Source: Desulfovibrio sp. OttesenSCG-928-A18 (lineage in GTDB: Bacteria > Desulfobacterota > Desulfovibrionia > Desulfovibrionales > Desulfovibrionaceae). From it: a DNA stretch of 56,281 bases. Both the position numbers and the translations under genes were made by a program. Positions 46,038 to 54,646 of the stretch are shown here, in pieces (within the stretch, counting starts at the first letter, position 1; each line of letters opens with the position of its first letter). Where the stretch lies: assembly GCA_030267245.1 (NCBI GenBank), contig JAJDJN010000001.1, forward strand, positions 1 through 56,281. Reading direction: 5' to 3'. The notes under the pieces were generated by a model. It did not search any database. It saw nothing but the letters and a program-made list of their open reading frames with translations, and was not told the DNA's origin.

Positions 46038-46484
46038 ATGCCACAGGTAACCAATATGGATATCACCAGCGCCAACGCGGAGCTGGTCCTGACAGTGGAA
46101 AGCCTTTTTCCTTCCGGCATCGTTTTGCAGATGTTCGGCACAGATCAGGCGGCGAACATGGACGCCGTGGACATTACGGAAACGCGCATGGGCGTGGATG
46201 GAAAGATGGTGGCCGGCTACACGCCGGTTATTTACCCGGTGACAGTGACCCTGGAGGCGTCCAGTCCCAGCCGCTTTTCCCTGTCCACGGTATGGGAGGC
46301 CATGGCCGCCAACAGAAAAATCTACGTCTGCGGCCTGGTCTGCACCCTGCCAAGCATCGGCGAGCGCCTGACCTGGTCCACTGGCGTACTGAAAAACGGG
46401 GTGGTGGTGCCGTCGCTGCAAAAGGTGCTGGCCCCCACGACCTGGCTGTTCCATTTTGAAAAGCTTGAACGCGCCAAAATTTAA
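46038..46484 (+). CDS. Tail tube protein
   Basis: DITSANA...MGVDGKM; follows the sheath gene. Confidence 0.8.
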   Translation: MPQVTNMDITSANAELVLTVESLFPSGIVLQMFGTDQAANMDAVDITETRMGVDGKMVAGYTPVIYPVTVTLEASSPSRFSLSTVWEAMAANRKIYVCGLVCTLPSIGERLTWSTGVLKNGVVVPSLQKVLAPTTWLFHFEKLERAKI

Positions 46485-46494
46485 GGAGTTTTTC

Positions 46495-46941
46495 ATGGCC
46501 CGTAGAGAAAAGATCATCACCCTGCGCGACAGGGACCAGGATCTGAGCTTCAAGATCCGGGAGATGTCGGCCACCGGCCTGGAGGCCTGGAAGATCCGCG
46601 CCCTGATCCTGCTGGCAAAAACGGGCATAGAAGTGCCCGAAGGGGCTGACTTGCAGGCGGTGGGGGCCTACCTGGTGGCCAACGGGGTCAAGACCCTGAC
46701 CGGAATCCTGGGTAAAGTGGACTACGGCGAAGTCAGCCCGCTGCTGGACGACCTGCTGGCCTGCTGCTCGCGGCTGGTGGAAAACGTGTCCGAACGCTGC
46801 ACCCCGGAGAGCGTGGACAACTACATCCAGGACGCGAACACGCTATCCCGGCTGCGCTGGGAGGCGCTGAGACTGAATCTGGATTTTACGGGGCCGGAGG
46901 ATGCAGGCCCCTGGTCTTCCTCCGGCGACGCCAGTATCTGA
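46495..46941 (+). CDS. Tail assembly chaperone
   Basis: Between tube and tape measure; RDQDLSFKIREMSA. Confidence 0.75.
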   Translation: MARREKIITLRDRDQDLSFKIREMSATGLEAWKIRALILLAKTGIEVPEGADLQAVGAYLVANGVKTLTGILGKVDYGEVSPLLDDLLACCSRLVENVSERCTPESVDNYIQDANTLSRLRWEALRLNLDFTGPEDAGPWSSSGDASI

Positions 46942-46949
46942 GCGCTCTG

Positions 46950-47138
46950 GTGCGCGAGGGATATGCCGACTATGCCAACGTGCCCAGCATCATAGGCATC
47001 ATAGTCGCGCGGCGCCTGGCCACCCTGCATGAGCTGCAGACAGTATACAGCTACAGGGACGCCCTGGATATGGCCGAAATAATCGTGGTGCAAAACTACA
47101 ACGAATGGCTGGCGATGGAGAACGGACGCAATGGCTAA
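46950..47138 (+). CDS. Chaperone C-terminal extension in the -1 frame
   Basis: LATLHELQTVYSYRDALDMAEI; the -1 frame is open back to GGATTTT at 46881. Confidence 0.65.
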   Translation: MREGYADYANVPSIIGIIVARRLATLHELQTVYSYRDALDMAEIIVVQNYNEWLAMENGRNG

Positions 47139-48690
47139 CGTGATAGATTCCCTGCTGATCACCCTGGGCATGGATTCATCCGGCGTCAGCAAGGGCATGA
47201 AGCAGGCCCAGGGCAGCATCCAGCAGGGCGTGGGCATGATCAAGAGCCTGCTCGCGCCCATGGCCGGGGCTTTTGCCTTTGGGTCTATATTCAATAACTA
47301 TACCACGATGGCCGACTCACTGGGGAAACTGTCGGAATCCCTGGACTGGGGCATACAGAATCTGGACGCCTGGAGTCAGGCGGCAAAGCTCAGCGGGGGC
47401 AGCGCGGAGGGTTTTCAAGCCAGCCTGCGCGGGATGAACCAAAAATTACAGGAGTTTGCGACAACTGGCGAAGGTGAGGCCAAAAAAGTCTTTGCGGCCC
47501 TGGGCATCAATGCCAAGGACGCCAGCGGCAAGGTCAAGCACTCTTCGGAACTGCTGATGGAGCTGGCCGGAAAGGCCGAAAAAATGGACAAGGCCAAGTT
47601 CGCGGGCCTGGCCCAGAAGCTGGGCCTGGACCAGGGCACGATCCAGCTGCTGCAGTCGGGCAGCAAGGAAGTGGGCAAGTTGGTCGGGGAAATGAAGGAA
47701 ATCTCCTTCACCGACGACGATTACAAGGCTGCCGCCGAGTACAACGACATGATCGCCAAGCTGGGCAAGTCCCTGACCGTGACGGCGGGCGTGTTGCTGC
47801 AGCCGCTGCTCAAGGGCCTGACCTTCATCGGCGACAAGTTGCGTGCGGGCGTGGCTTTTTTACGCAAGCACGAGCCTTTTTTGATTGCCCTGGTGTCCGG
47901 CCTGGCGCTGATCATCGCGGTCAAACTTACCCCGGCGATCATCAAGATGGGTCTGGCCTGGCTGTCCAACCCCCTGACCTGGATCGTGGGCATGCTGGTC
48001 CTGCTGGCCATCGCCCTGGACGACATCTGGACCTACATAAACGGGGGGGAAAGCGACTGGGGCGACTACTGGGAAAAATTGGGCCTGGGGGAACACACCC
48101 TGCAGGATCTTAGCGCCGCCGGGGAGTGGCTGATAGACGTCTTCAAGGAATACGGCCCGGTGCTGGCGGAAATCGCGGGCGGCTTCGGCCTGGTCTCGGG
48201 GGCGATGAAGGTCATGGGCGCCCTGTCCGGCACCAATCCCTTCTTTATCTTCCTGACTGTGGCCGCCGGTTTGATCGGCCTGATAGTGGCCAATTGGGAC
48301 AAGATCAAGGCGGGCTGGGAGTCCTTTCGCCAGTCCGCGGCCGAGTTCGCCGAAAAATACGGCCTGAACAAGGCCGACGAGAACATGGCCGTAACCCACG
48401 CCGGCGGCGAGTTCCTGGACAGCGACGACGACTACCGCCCGGGGCTGATATCCCAGATGATCCACGGCGACGCCTCCGCCGCCGTCAGTCCGGCCGCCAC
48501 AGGCGCGGGCGGCACGTCCACCGTAAACAACGACAACAGCACGGACACCAAGATCAGCATCGGCAGTATCAAGATAGCCACCCGGGCCACGGAGGCCTAC
48601 GGGATCGCCGGGGACATAACCGGGGCCATGCGCCGCAGTCTTGTGGGCACTGCCAGCACCGGGGTCAATCCGGCCGGAGGCAGGACATGA
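47131..48690 (+). CDS. Tape measure protein
   Basis: MANVIDSLLITLG; Ala/Gly-rich helical sequence with TM segments. Confidence 0.8.
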   Translation: MANVIDSLLITLGMDSSGVSKGMKQAQGSIQQGVGMIKSLLAPMAGAFAFGSIFNNYTTMADSLGKLSESLDWGIQNLDAWSQAAKLSGGSAEGFQASLRGMNQKLQEFATTGEGEAKKVFAALGINAKDASGKVKHSSELLMELAGKAEKMDKAKFAGLAQKLGLDQGTIQLLQSGSKEVGKLVGEMKEISFTDDDYKAAAEYNDMIAKLGKSLTVTAGVLLQPLLKGLTFIGDKLRAGVAFLRKHEPFLIALVSGLALIIAVKLTPAIIKMGLAWLSNPLTWIVGMLVLLAIALDDIWTYINGGESDWGDYWEKLGLGEHTLQDLSAAGEWLIDVFKEYGPVLAEIAGGFGLVSGAMKVMGALSGTNPFFIFLTVAAGLIGLIVANWDKIKAGWESFRQSAAEFAEKYGLNKADENMAVTHAGGEFLDSDDDYRPGLISQMIHGDASAAVSPAATGAGGTSTVNNDNSTDTKISIGSIKIATRATEAYGIAGDITGAMRRSLVGTASTGVNPAGGRT

Positions 48691-49235
48691 GCCAGTCGCA
48701 GCAGCAGGAATGGACGCTGCTGGACGAGGGCGGCGGCACGGCCGTGGTCTTTACCAGCTTTATCGGCATGGATCTGCGTAGCGATGGCAATGCCCTGACC
48801 TATCCCGTGGAACAGGGCAGCTTTGCCGACTACAACAAAGTGGACAGCCCGCAGGAGATCAAAGTGACGCTGGGCCTTCAGGGCGCGGAGGCGGACTTTG
48901 AGGCCGCCCTGGCCAAGCTGGACGAGTACCAGAAGGAGGCCGTCAAACTGGCCGTGGCCACCCCGGCCAGACACTACGACAGTATGACCCTGGAGGGCTA
49001 CGCCTACTCGCGCAGCCAGGAGCGGAATGCGGGCATGCTGGCTGTGGAACTGACCCTGGTGGAAGTGCGGGAGGTGGAAACACAGGTGACTACAACCGTG
49101 GTCACCAAGCCCAAGAACCCCACCAGCGCCAGCAAGGAGAACACGGGCAAGGCGCAACCCGAAGCGGCGGAAAAAAGACAGTCCCTGTCCAAGTACCTGG
49201 AGCTGCGGTCCGCCCTGACCGGAGGGGGGAGCTGA
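48687..49235 (+). CDS. Baseplate/Dit-like protein
   Basis: YPVEQGSFADYNKV...P; ATGA overlap. Confidence 0.75.
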   Translation: MSQSQQQEWTLLDEGGGTAVVFTSFIGMDLRSDGNALTYPVEQGSFADYNKVDSPQEIKVTLGLQGAEADFEAALAKLDEYQKEAVKLAVATPARHYDSMTLEGYAYSRSQERNAGMLAVELTLVEVREVETQVTTTVVTKPKNPTSASKENTGKAQPEAAEKRQSLSKYLELRSALTGGGS

Positions 49236-49582
49236 TGCAGATAGTGCCTCTTGCCCGCCTTGCGGCCCAGACCCTGAACCTGGTCCTTGATGGCCAGGAC
49301 TGCACCCTGTCCGTGTACTGGCGGCAAAAGCGTCTGTATCTGGATCTTGCCGTGGGCGCGGAACGGGTATGCGTCGGCGCGATCTGCCATGATGGGGCCG
49401 ATGTGCTGCAGTCGCGCTCGCGCCACTTCAGCGGCACCCTGCACTTTCTGGACCTGGAGGGCGCCCGCGCGCCTGAGTGGGAGCGCCTGTATACAGCGTC
49501 TCCGGACGCCGAAGCGTCAACCCGCTGGGTTTTGCTTTTTGTCTCCGCAGGCGAGGAATTGCCTGAAATTCTGAGGTATTGA
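49235..49582 (+). CDS. Baseplate plug-like protein
   Basis: MQIVPL...LDGQDC...LYLDL...F.D..G..P. Confidence 0.7.
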   Translation: MQIVPLARLAAQTLNLVLDGQDCTLSVYWRQKRLYLDLAVGAERVCVGAICHDGADVLQSRSRHFSGTLHFLDLEGARAPEWERLYTASPDAEASTRWVLLFVSAGEELPEILRY

Positions 49583-49583
49583 T

Positions 49584-50444
49584 ATGCCCAAAAGCTTTTC
49601 CATCAAGACCATCCAGCTGTCGATCGTCCTGGGCAAGGGCAGCTTTGCCGGGGGCGGCAACACCAAGGTCATCGAAGGCCTGGCCGTTGACGCCAATGTC
49701 CAGAAACCCGGCCTGCCCGAAAAGAACAAGGCCACGGTCAAGGTCTGGGGGCTGAAGTACGAGGACATGGCCGAGCTTACCATGCTGGCCTTCAAGCCGC
49801 TGGAGTCGCAACACAACCTGATCGAAATCAAGGCCGGAGAAAAAGGCGGCGCGCTGCCGGTCATCTTTCAGGGCGAAATCACCAGCGCCGCCGCTGACTT
49901 CAACCAGGCTCCTGACCCCTGCATGCATTTTGAAGCGGACACGGGCAGCTATCCGCAGCAGATCCCCAAGCCGGCAACCACGGTCAACGGGGAGGCGCAG
50001 GCGGACAAGCTCTTTGCGCAGTTCGCCGCTGATGCCGGTTACTCTTATAAAAACGAGGGAGTTACCGGATCGGTGCAAAACGCCTGGTTCCCCGGCTCGC
50101 CCATCGAAAAGATGCGCAAGCTTTCACGCGATTTGGGCTGCGAGCTGCTGATCGACGACGGCGCGGTCATAGTCATGCCCGAAGGGCAGGCCCGACAGGG
50201 TAACGCCACGCTTTTACGCAAGGATGCCGGCCTTATAGGCTATCCCACCTTCAACCAGGACGGTATTTCCTGTCGCTGCATCTTCAATCCCGCCCTGGCT
50301 TACGGCGGCCTGGTCAAGGTGGAAAGCATAGTGCCCAGGGCCACGGGGACGTGGCGCATTACCAAGCTGACCCATCACGTCACCGCCTATATCCCCGGCG
50401 GCGGCAACTGGGAAAGCCAGATCGAGGCGGCCTACTATGGCTGA
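49584..50444 (+). CDS. Baseplate hub protein
   Basis: IFQGEI, NEGV, GLIGYP, FNP. Confidence 0.78.
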   Translation: MPKSFSIKTIQLSIVLGKGSFAGGGNTKVIEGLAVDANVQKPGLPEKNKATVKVWGLKYEDMAELTMLAFKPLESQHNLIEIKAGEKGGALPVIFQGEITSAAADFNQAPDPCMHFEADTGSYPQQIPKPATTVNGEAQADKLFAQFAADAGYSYKNEGVTGSVQNAWFPGSPIEKMRKLSRDLGCELLIDDGAVIVMPEGQARQGNATLLRKDAGLIGYPTFNQDGISCRCIFNPALAYGGLVKVESIVPRATGTWRITKLTHHVTAYIPGGGNWESQIEAAYYG

Positions 50445-51294
50445 TGACAAGACAGTAAAGGGCTCGCGGAGGCTGACATCCGCCAACACTGAAGCCAACG
50501 CGATAGCATTTTTTGTGGACCAGCAGATAAAGGCCACTGTCAACACGGCCGAGGTCATGAGCATCGGCAGCGCGGACCAGAACGGCACCGACGGGGCTGG
50601 AGGATACGCCTCGGCCACGCCCCTGGTCTGCCAGACCGACGCCTTTGACAAGACCATTCCCCCGGCATCCCTGGCCAAGTTGCCCTTTTTCCGCCCCCAG
50701 GCGGGCAAGGCGGCCATCGTCATGGATCCGCAGCCGGGAGACAAGGCTGTGGCCGTTTTCATGAAGCGCGACTCCTCCGGCGTGGCCAGCGGCAAGGATA
50801 CGCCGGTACAGCCGGGCTCCTTCAGATCCTTTGATCAGGCGGACGGCTACCTGATCAACGGCTTCCTGGGGGAAGCGCCGGAGATCTGGCTGCACCTGAA
50901 CCCGGTCAGCGGGGACATATCCCTGTCCACCAAGGCGGCCAAGGTTGAAATATCCTGCCGGGAATCCGGGGACATGGAGATAAAGACCGGATCGGGCAAC
51001 ATAACGATCACCTGTACCGAAAAGGCCACGGTCAAAGCCCAGGAGATAATCCTGGACGGCAACGTGCGCGTGACTGGCAACCATAGCGTGGAAGGAAAAT
51101 CCCACGGCAAGGGCGGCGGCGCGGCGGTCTTCAGCAACGGCATCGTCAACCAGGCCGGGGGCTTTGCCAACACGGGCGGCATCACCAATACGGGCGGCAT
51201 CACCACATCCAATGGGGTCACCGCTGAAACGCACACACACACGGGCGTTTTGCCCGGTGGCGGTAACACGGGCAGCCCGAATGCGGGGACATGA
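50437..51294 (+). CDS. Baseplate spike (gpV/Gp138-like)
   Basis: DPQPGD...RDSS...PGSFR; C-terminal THTHTGV metal-binding tip. Confidence 0.85.
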   Translation: MADDKTVKGSRRLTSANTEANAIAFFVDQQIKATVNTAEVMSIGSADQNGTDGAGGYASATPLVCQTDAFDKTIPPASLAKLPFFRPQAGKAAIVMDPQPGDKAVAVFMKRDSSGVASGKDTPVQPGSFRSFDQADGYLINGFLGEAPEIWLHLNPVSGDISLSTKAAKVEISCRESGDMEIKTGSGNITITCTEKATVKAQEIILDGNVRVTGNHSVEGKSHGKGGGAAVFSNGIVNQAGGFANTGGITNTGGITTSNGVTAETHTHTGVLPGGGNTGSPNAGT

Positions 51295-51674
51295 TCATGG
51301 CGCATAGCAGACGCACACTACAGCTGGACGCCGGCTGGGACATCACCCTGGACGGCACGGGGCGCATCGCCCTCGCCCGGGGAGATCTGGCCACGGCCCA
51401 AAACGTGGCCAACGAGGCCCGGTTGTTCACGGATGACGCCTACTTCATCCAGGACAAGGGCATCCCGCACTTTGTAGTGGGCCTGGGCGGCCGGGTGCGG
51501 GCTTCTGTACTGCGATCCTACCTGCGCAGGGCGGCGCTGCAAGTGCCGGACGTGCGCGAAGTGCTGTCCGTGACCATAGTGGACTTCGACCCGAAAACGC
51601 GCCGGCTGGTAGGGGACATAATCTTCACAAGCGTGGAAGGGGTGAATAATGGCACGATCCGGACTTATTTTTGA
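51291..51674 (+). CDS. Baseplate wedge (gp25-like)
   Basis: WDITLD..G.IA...AQNVA...GIPH. Confidence 0.75.
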   Translation: MIMAHSRRTLQLDAGWDITLDGTGRIALARGDLATAQNVANEARLFTDDAYFIQDKGIPHFVVGLGGRVRASVLRSYLRRAALQVPDVREVLSVTIVDFDPKTRRLVGDIIFTSVEGVNNGTIRTYF

Positions 51675-52926
51675 TCCAGCCTCGGGGCTTTACGCCCCGG
51701 ACACGGCCCAGATCCGGGAAGGCGTGGCCGAGGACTGGCGGCAGGCTTTTTTTGATCCGGATCTGCCCGTTCTGGACACTGAGCCGACCACGCCGGCCGG
51801 GCAGTTGATCGACGCCCAGGTGGCGGAGATCGAAGCCAAGAACGCGGAGCTTTTGTTTTTGTCCAGCATGTTTCAGCCGGGCAGCTCGGAGGGGCGCTGG
51901 CAGGATGCCCTGGGCTACATCTACTTTTTGCGCCGCAAGCTGGATGAACCAACGGTCGTAACTTGCCAGTTGACCGGACTGAACGGCACTGTCGTGCCCT
52001 ATGGCGCGCTGGTGCAAAGCGCGGAAGGGCACACGTTGATCTGCAACCGGGCCGTGACCATAGGCCAGGACGGCAAGGGGGCGGGCGCGGCCGAGACTAC
52101 CTTCAGGGTATCGGATAACGGGCCCATCGATATAGCGCCGCATTCGGTGCAGTCCATCGTGACCGTGATCCCCGGCTGGGACACGGTGGACAACGCCGCT
52201 GCCGGCGCCCTGGGACGGGATCTGGAAACGCGGGCCGAGTTCGAAGCCAGGCGCGCGGCCTCTGTGGCGGCCAACGCGCATGGGTCCACCGGCGCGCTGT
52301 ACGGGACCATAGCCGATCTGCCCGGAGTTCTGGACGTGCAGGTGCTGGAAAACATCGGCCAGAATCCGGTGATCAAGTACGGGGTCACGGTGCCCGGGCA
52401 CGGCATCACGGTCTGCGTATACGGGGGCGAGGACGCGGCCATAGCCGAAGCCATATACAGCAAGAAGGACAACGGCTGCGATACCGGCGGCAATACCACG
52501 ATAATGCACCTGGCGGCCGACTACCATAATGCCGCGTATGAATACCGCATCCTGCGCCCGGTCACGATCAATTTCTGGGTTCGGGTGACCCTGGGCGCAG
52601 GCAGCGCGCCCACGGAAGCGCAGATCGCGGCCATCAGGCAGGCCATCCAGCAAGACTTTTACGGCCTGAATACACAGTCCGGCAATGCGCGTGTGGGCCT
52701 GGCGTCCACGGTTTACGCTTCGCGCTTTTATTGCCCGGCCCTGGGCGCCCTTTCCTCCCTGTCCGCATCGGACGGGGTGAAGAGCATCCAAAGCGTGGAA
52801 ATCGCCCTGGCCGCCAATGCGCCGGGCGCTGCCGCATATGCCGCCCTGGTGACCATCAGGGGGGACCAGGAGCCGGTATGTAGCACGGCCACGATTAGCG
52901 TCGTGGTAGCCGGGGGCGCGCCGTGA
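51649..52926 (+). CDS. Baseplate J/gp47 protein
   Basis: TPAGQL, GRWQDALGYIYFL, GRDLETRAEF..RR. Confidence 0.88.
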   Translation: MARSGLIFDPASGLYAPDTAQIREGVAEDWRQAFFDPDLPVLDTEPTTPAGQLIDAQVAEIEAKNAELLFLSSMFQPGSSEGRWQDALGYIYFLRRKLDEPTVVTCQLTGLNGTVVPYGALVQSAEGHTLICNRAVTIGQDGKGAGAAETTFRVSDNGPIDIAPHSVQSIVTVIPGWDTVDNAAAGALGRDLETRAEFEARRAASVAANAHGSTGALYGTIADLPGVLDVQVLENIGQNPVIKYGVTVPGHGITVCVYGGEDAAIAEAIYSKKDNGCDTGGNTTIMHLAADYHNAAYEYRILRPVTINFWVRVTLGAGSAPTEAQIAAIRQAIQQDFYGLNTQSGNARVGLASTVYASRFYCPALGALSSLSASDGVKSIQSVEIALAANAPGAAAYAALVTIRGDQEPVCSTATISVVVAGGAP

Positions 52927-52928
52927 GC

Positions 52929-53093
52929 ATGTATACCTGGCGCGATTGGCGCGACGTTCATCCGCTCCTACGGCGGGCATATGCGGCCGGGGCGAAGCCC
53001 CGCCCGCCCGCCTTGTCGCTCAAAGGCGCTACCGCGCCAGACGCCGTCGGCTAAGGAGGCCTGGATATGTATACTTGGCGCGATTGGCGCGAC
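52929..53093 (+). repeat. 27-bp direct duplication of the DUF2612 gene start flanking a 111-bp insert
   Basis: ATGTATAC(C/T)TGGCGCGATTGGCGCGAC at 52929 and 53067. Confidence 0.9.
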
Positions 53094-53810
53094 ATTCTGG
53101 ATATAGCCGAACTGGAAAATCTGCGCGAGATGACGGGATACGCCATCCAAAGCCAGTACGCGGCATCGGCCAGGATCCTGGCTCTGGCGGCCGCCTGCCA
53201 GGAAGAAGTCTGCCCGGAAGCGGACGTGGGCCTGTTCTTTCGGACCATGTTCGATATCTACACGGCTGAAGGCGTGGGGCTGGATAACTGGGGGATGATC
53301 CTGCAGATGGGCCGCGTGATCCCAGGGCCCTACCTTGGGCCCTGCTTCGGTTTTGACGGCTCGGAGTTGCATCCCTTCAGCCGGTATCCCTTTGCTCCGG
53401 ACACGGCGTCAGAAGATGGGGCCGTGGCCCTGCGCCTGGATGATGAAGCTTACCGCCTGCTGCTGCTGTACAAGGCCATGGCCAATATATCGGCGTCCAC
53501 GGCACAGGCCCAGAACGATCTGCTGGCCGCCCTGGTGGGAACGGGCATAGCCGATCTGCCCGGCGCCGCCTATGTGCTGGAAGTGGATACAATGGTCATC
53601 CGCTGGGTCTTTGAAGACAGCCTGGATGCCATACAACTGGCCGTTTTCCGGGTAGCCGGCGCTCTGGCGCGCGGCGCCGGTGTGGGCTGGGAACTGTACG
53701 CCCTGAATCCGGGCGCCGTTTTCGGCTTTGACGGCGGCAACTGGCAGCCCTTCAACCAGGCCCCCTTTGCCCCGGACGGGGCGCTGATCAACAACAGGAA
53801 GGAAACATGA
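53067..53810 (+). CDS. Baseplate wedge protein (DUF2612 type)
   Basis: SQYAAS, TAEGVGLDNWG, FGF, LDDEAYR...KAMANI. Confidence 0.85.
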   Translation: MYTWRDWRDILDIAELENLREMTGYAIQSQYAASARILALAAACQEEVCPEADVGLFFRTMFDIYTAEGVGLDNWGMILQMGRVIPGPYLGPCFGFDGSELHPFSRYPFAPDTASEDGAVALRLDDEAYRLLLLYKAMANISASTAQAQNDLLAALVGTGIADLPGAAYVLEVDTMVIRWVFEDSLDAIQLAVFRVAGALARGAGVGWELYALNPGAVFGFDGGNWQPFNQAPFAPDGALINNRKET

Positions 53811-54638
53811 AAAAACATCCAATACCCCTCGCACTTTTTCGGGGCCCCCTTTGCCTCGGCCGGGAACAAACAGATCATCCCGGAAGTCGCCTCCGAGGCC
53901 GGCCGGGCCAGCCTGGACCAGGGCTTTCCCGTGGTCACGCAGTTGCCCCTGGCCCAGGGGGGCATTGCGCCCAACAGGCTGGATTTTAACGGCGTCCTGT
54001 ATATGCTTTCCGCCTTCGCTTTCTGGCAGCAAAGCGGCGGCATGTGGCGCTGGGACGGTGCCCTGAACTACGCGCCTCCCTGTCTGGTCTTTCATGGCGA
54101 AAAGCTTTGGTGGTGCCGCAAGGCGTCCGGGCCGAACTCGGGCGATGGACCCAAGACGCCGGGCACGACGGGGGCGGATGGCTACTGGCAAGACTTTTTT
54201 GCCGCATTTCTTGATCTTGACGGCCTGGGCGGTTCCGCCCTGCCGGTGGGCAGCCTGATTTTCTATTGCGGCGTAACGGTGCCGGCGGGCTTTTTCTTCT
54301 GCAACGGGCAAAACTTTTCGGCTACGGACTATCCGAAGCTGTATGCCGCCCTTGGCAATCGCAACAAGGTGCCGGACTACAGGGGGCTTTTTTTGCGTAG
54401 CACAGGCGGGGCTGCCGGCGCCCAGGGAGTGACGCGCGCGTCGTCCATCGGTCCGCATGCCCATGCCATCCCGGGCCCCTTTGACGCCGGCGGCCTGAAG
54501 CATGACAGCTCGGTGGAAAACGACGTGGGCGTGGAACGCACTACCCTTACGGGCACGACGCAAAGCAACGGAACCGGCATCGGGACAGAAACAGCGCCGG
54601 CGCACGTGGCCGAGATGCTGTGTATAAAGCACGACTAG
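53807..54638 (+). CDS. Tail fibre/collar-domain protein with an apparent extra base just after ATG
   Basis: PFASAGNK...GFP..TQLP...GG..P.R.DFNG; collar motif CNGQ...YPKLY...PDYRGLFLR; the ATG is out of frame by one A. Confidence 0.75.
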
Positions 54639-54646
54639 GGGGGCTT

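Noticed and set aside
44602-46044. Long minus-strand ORFs here and at 51625-52980 and 54635-55882
   Set aside because: They are antisense shadows of GC3-rich structural genes and carry no recognisable motifs.
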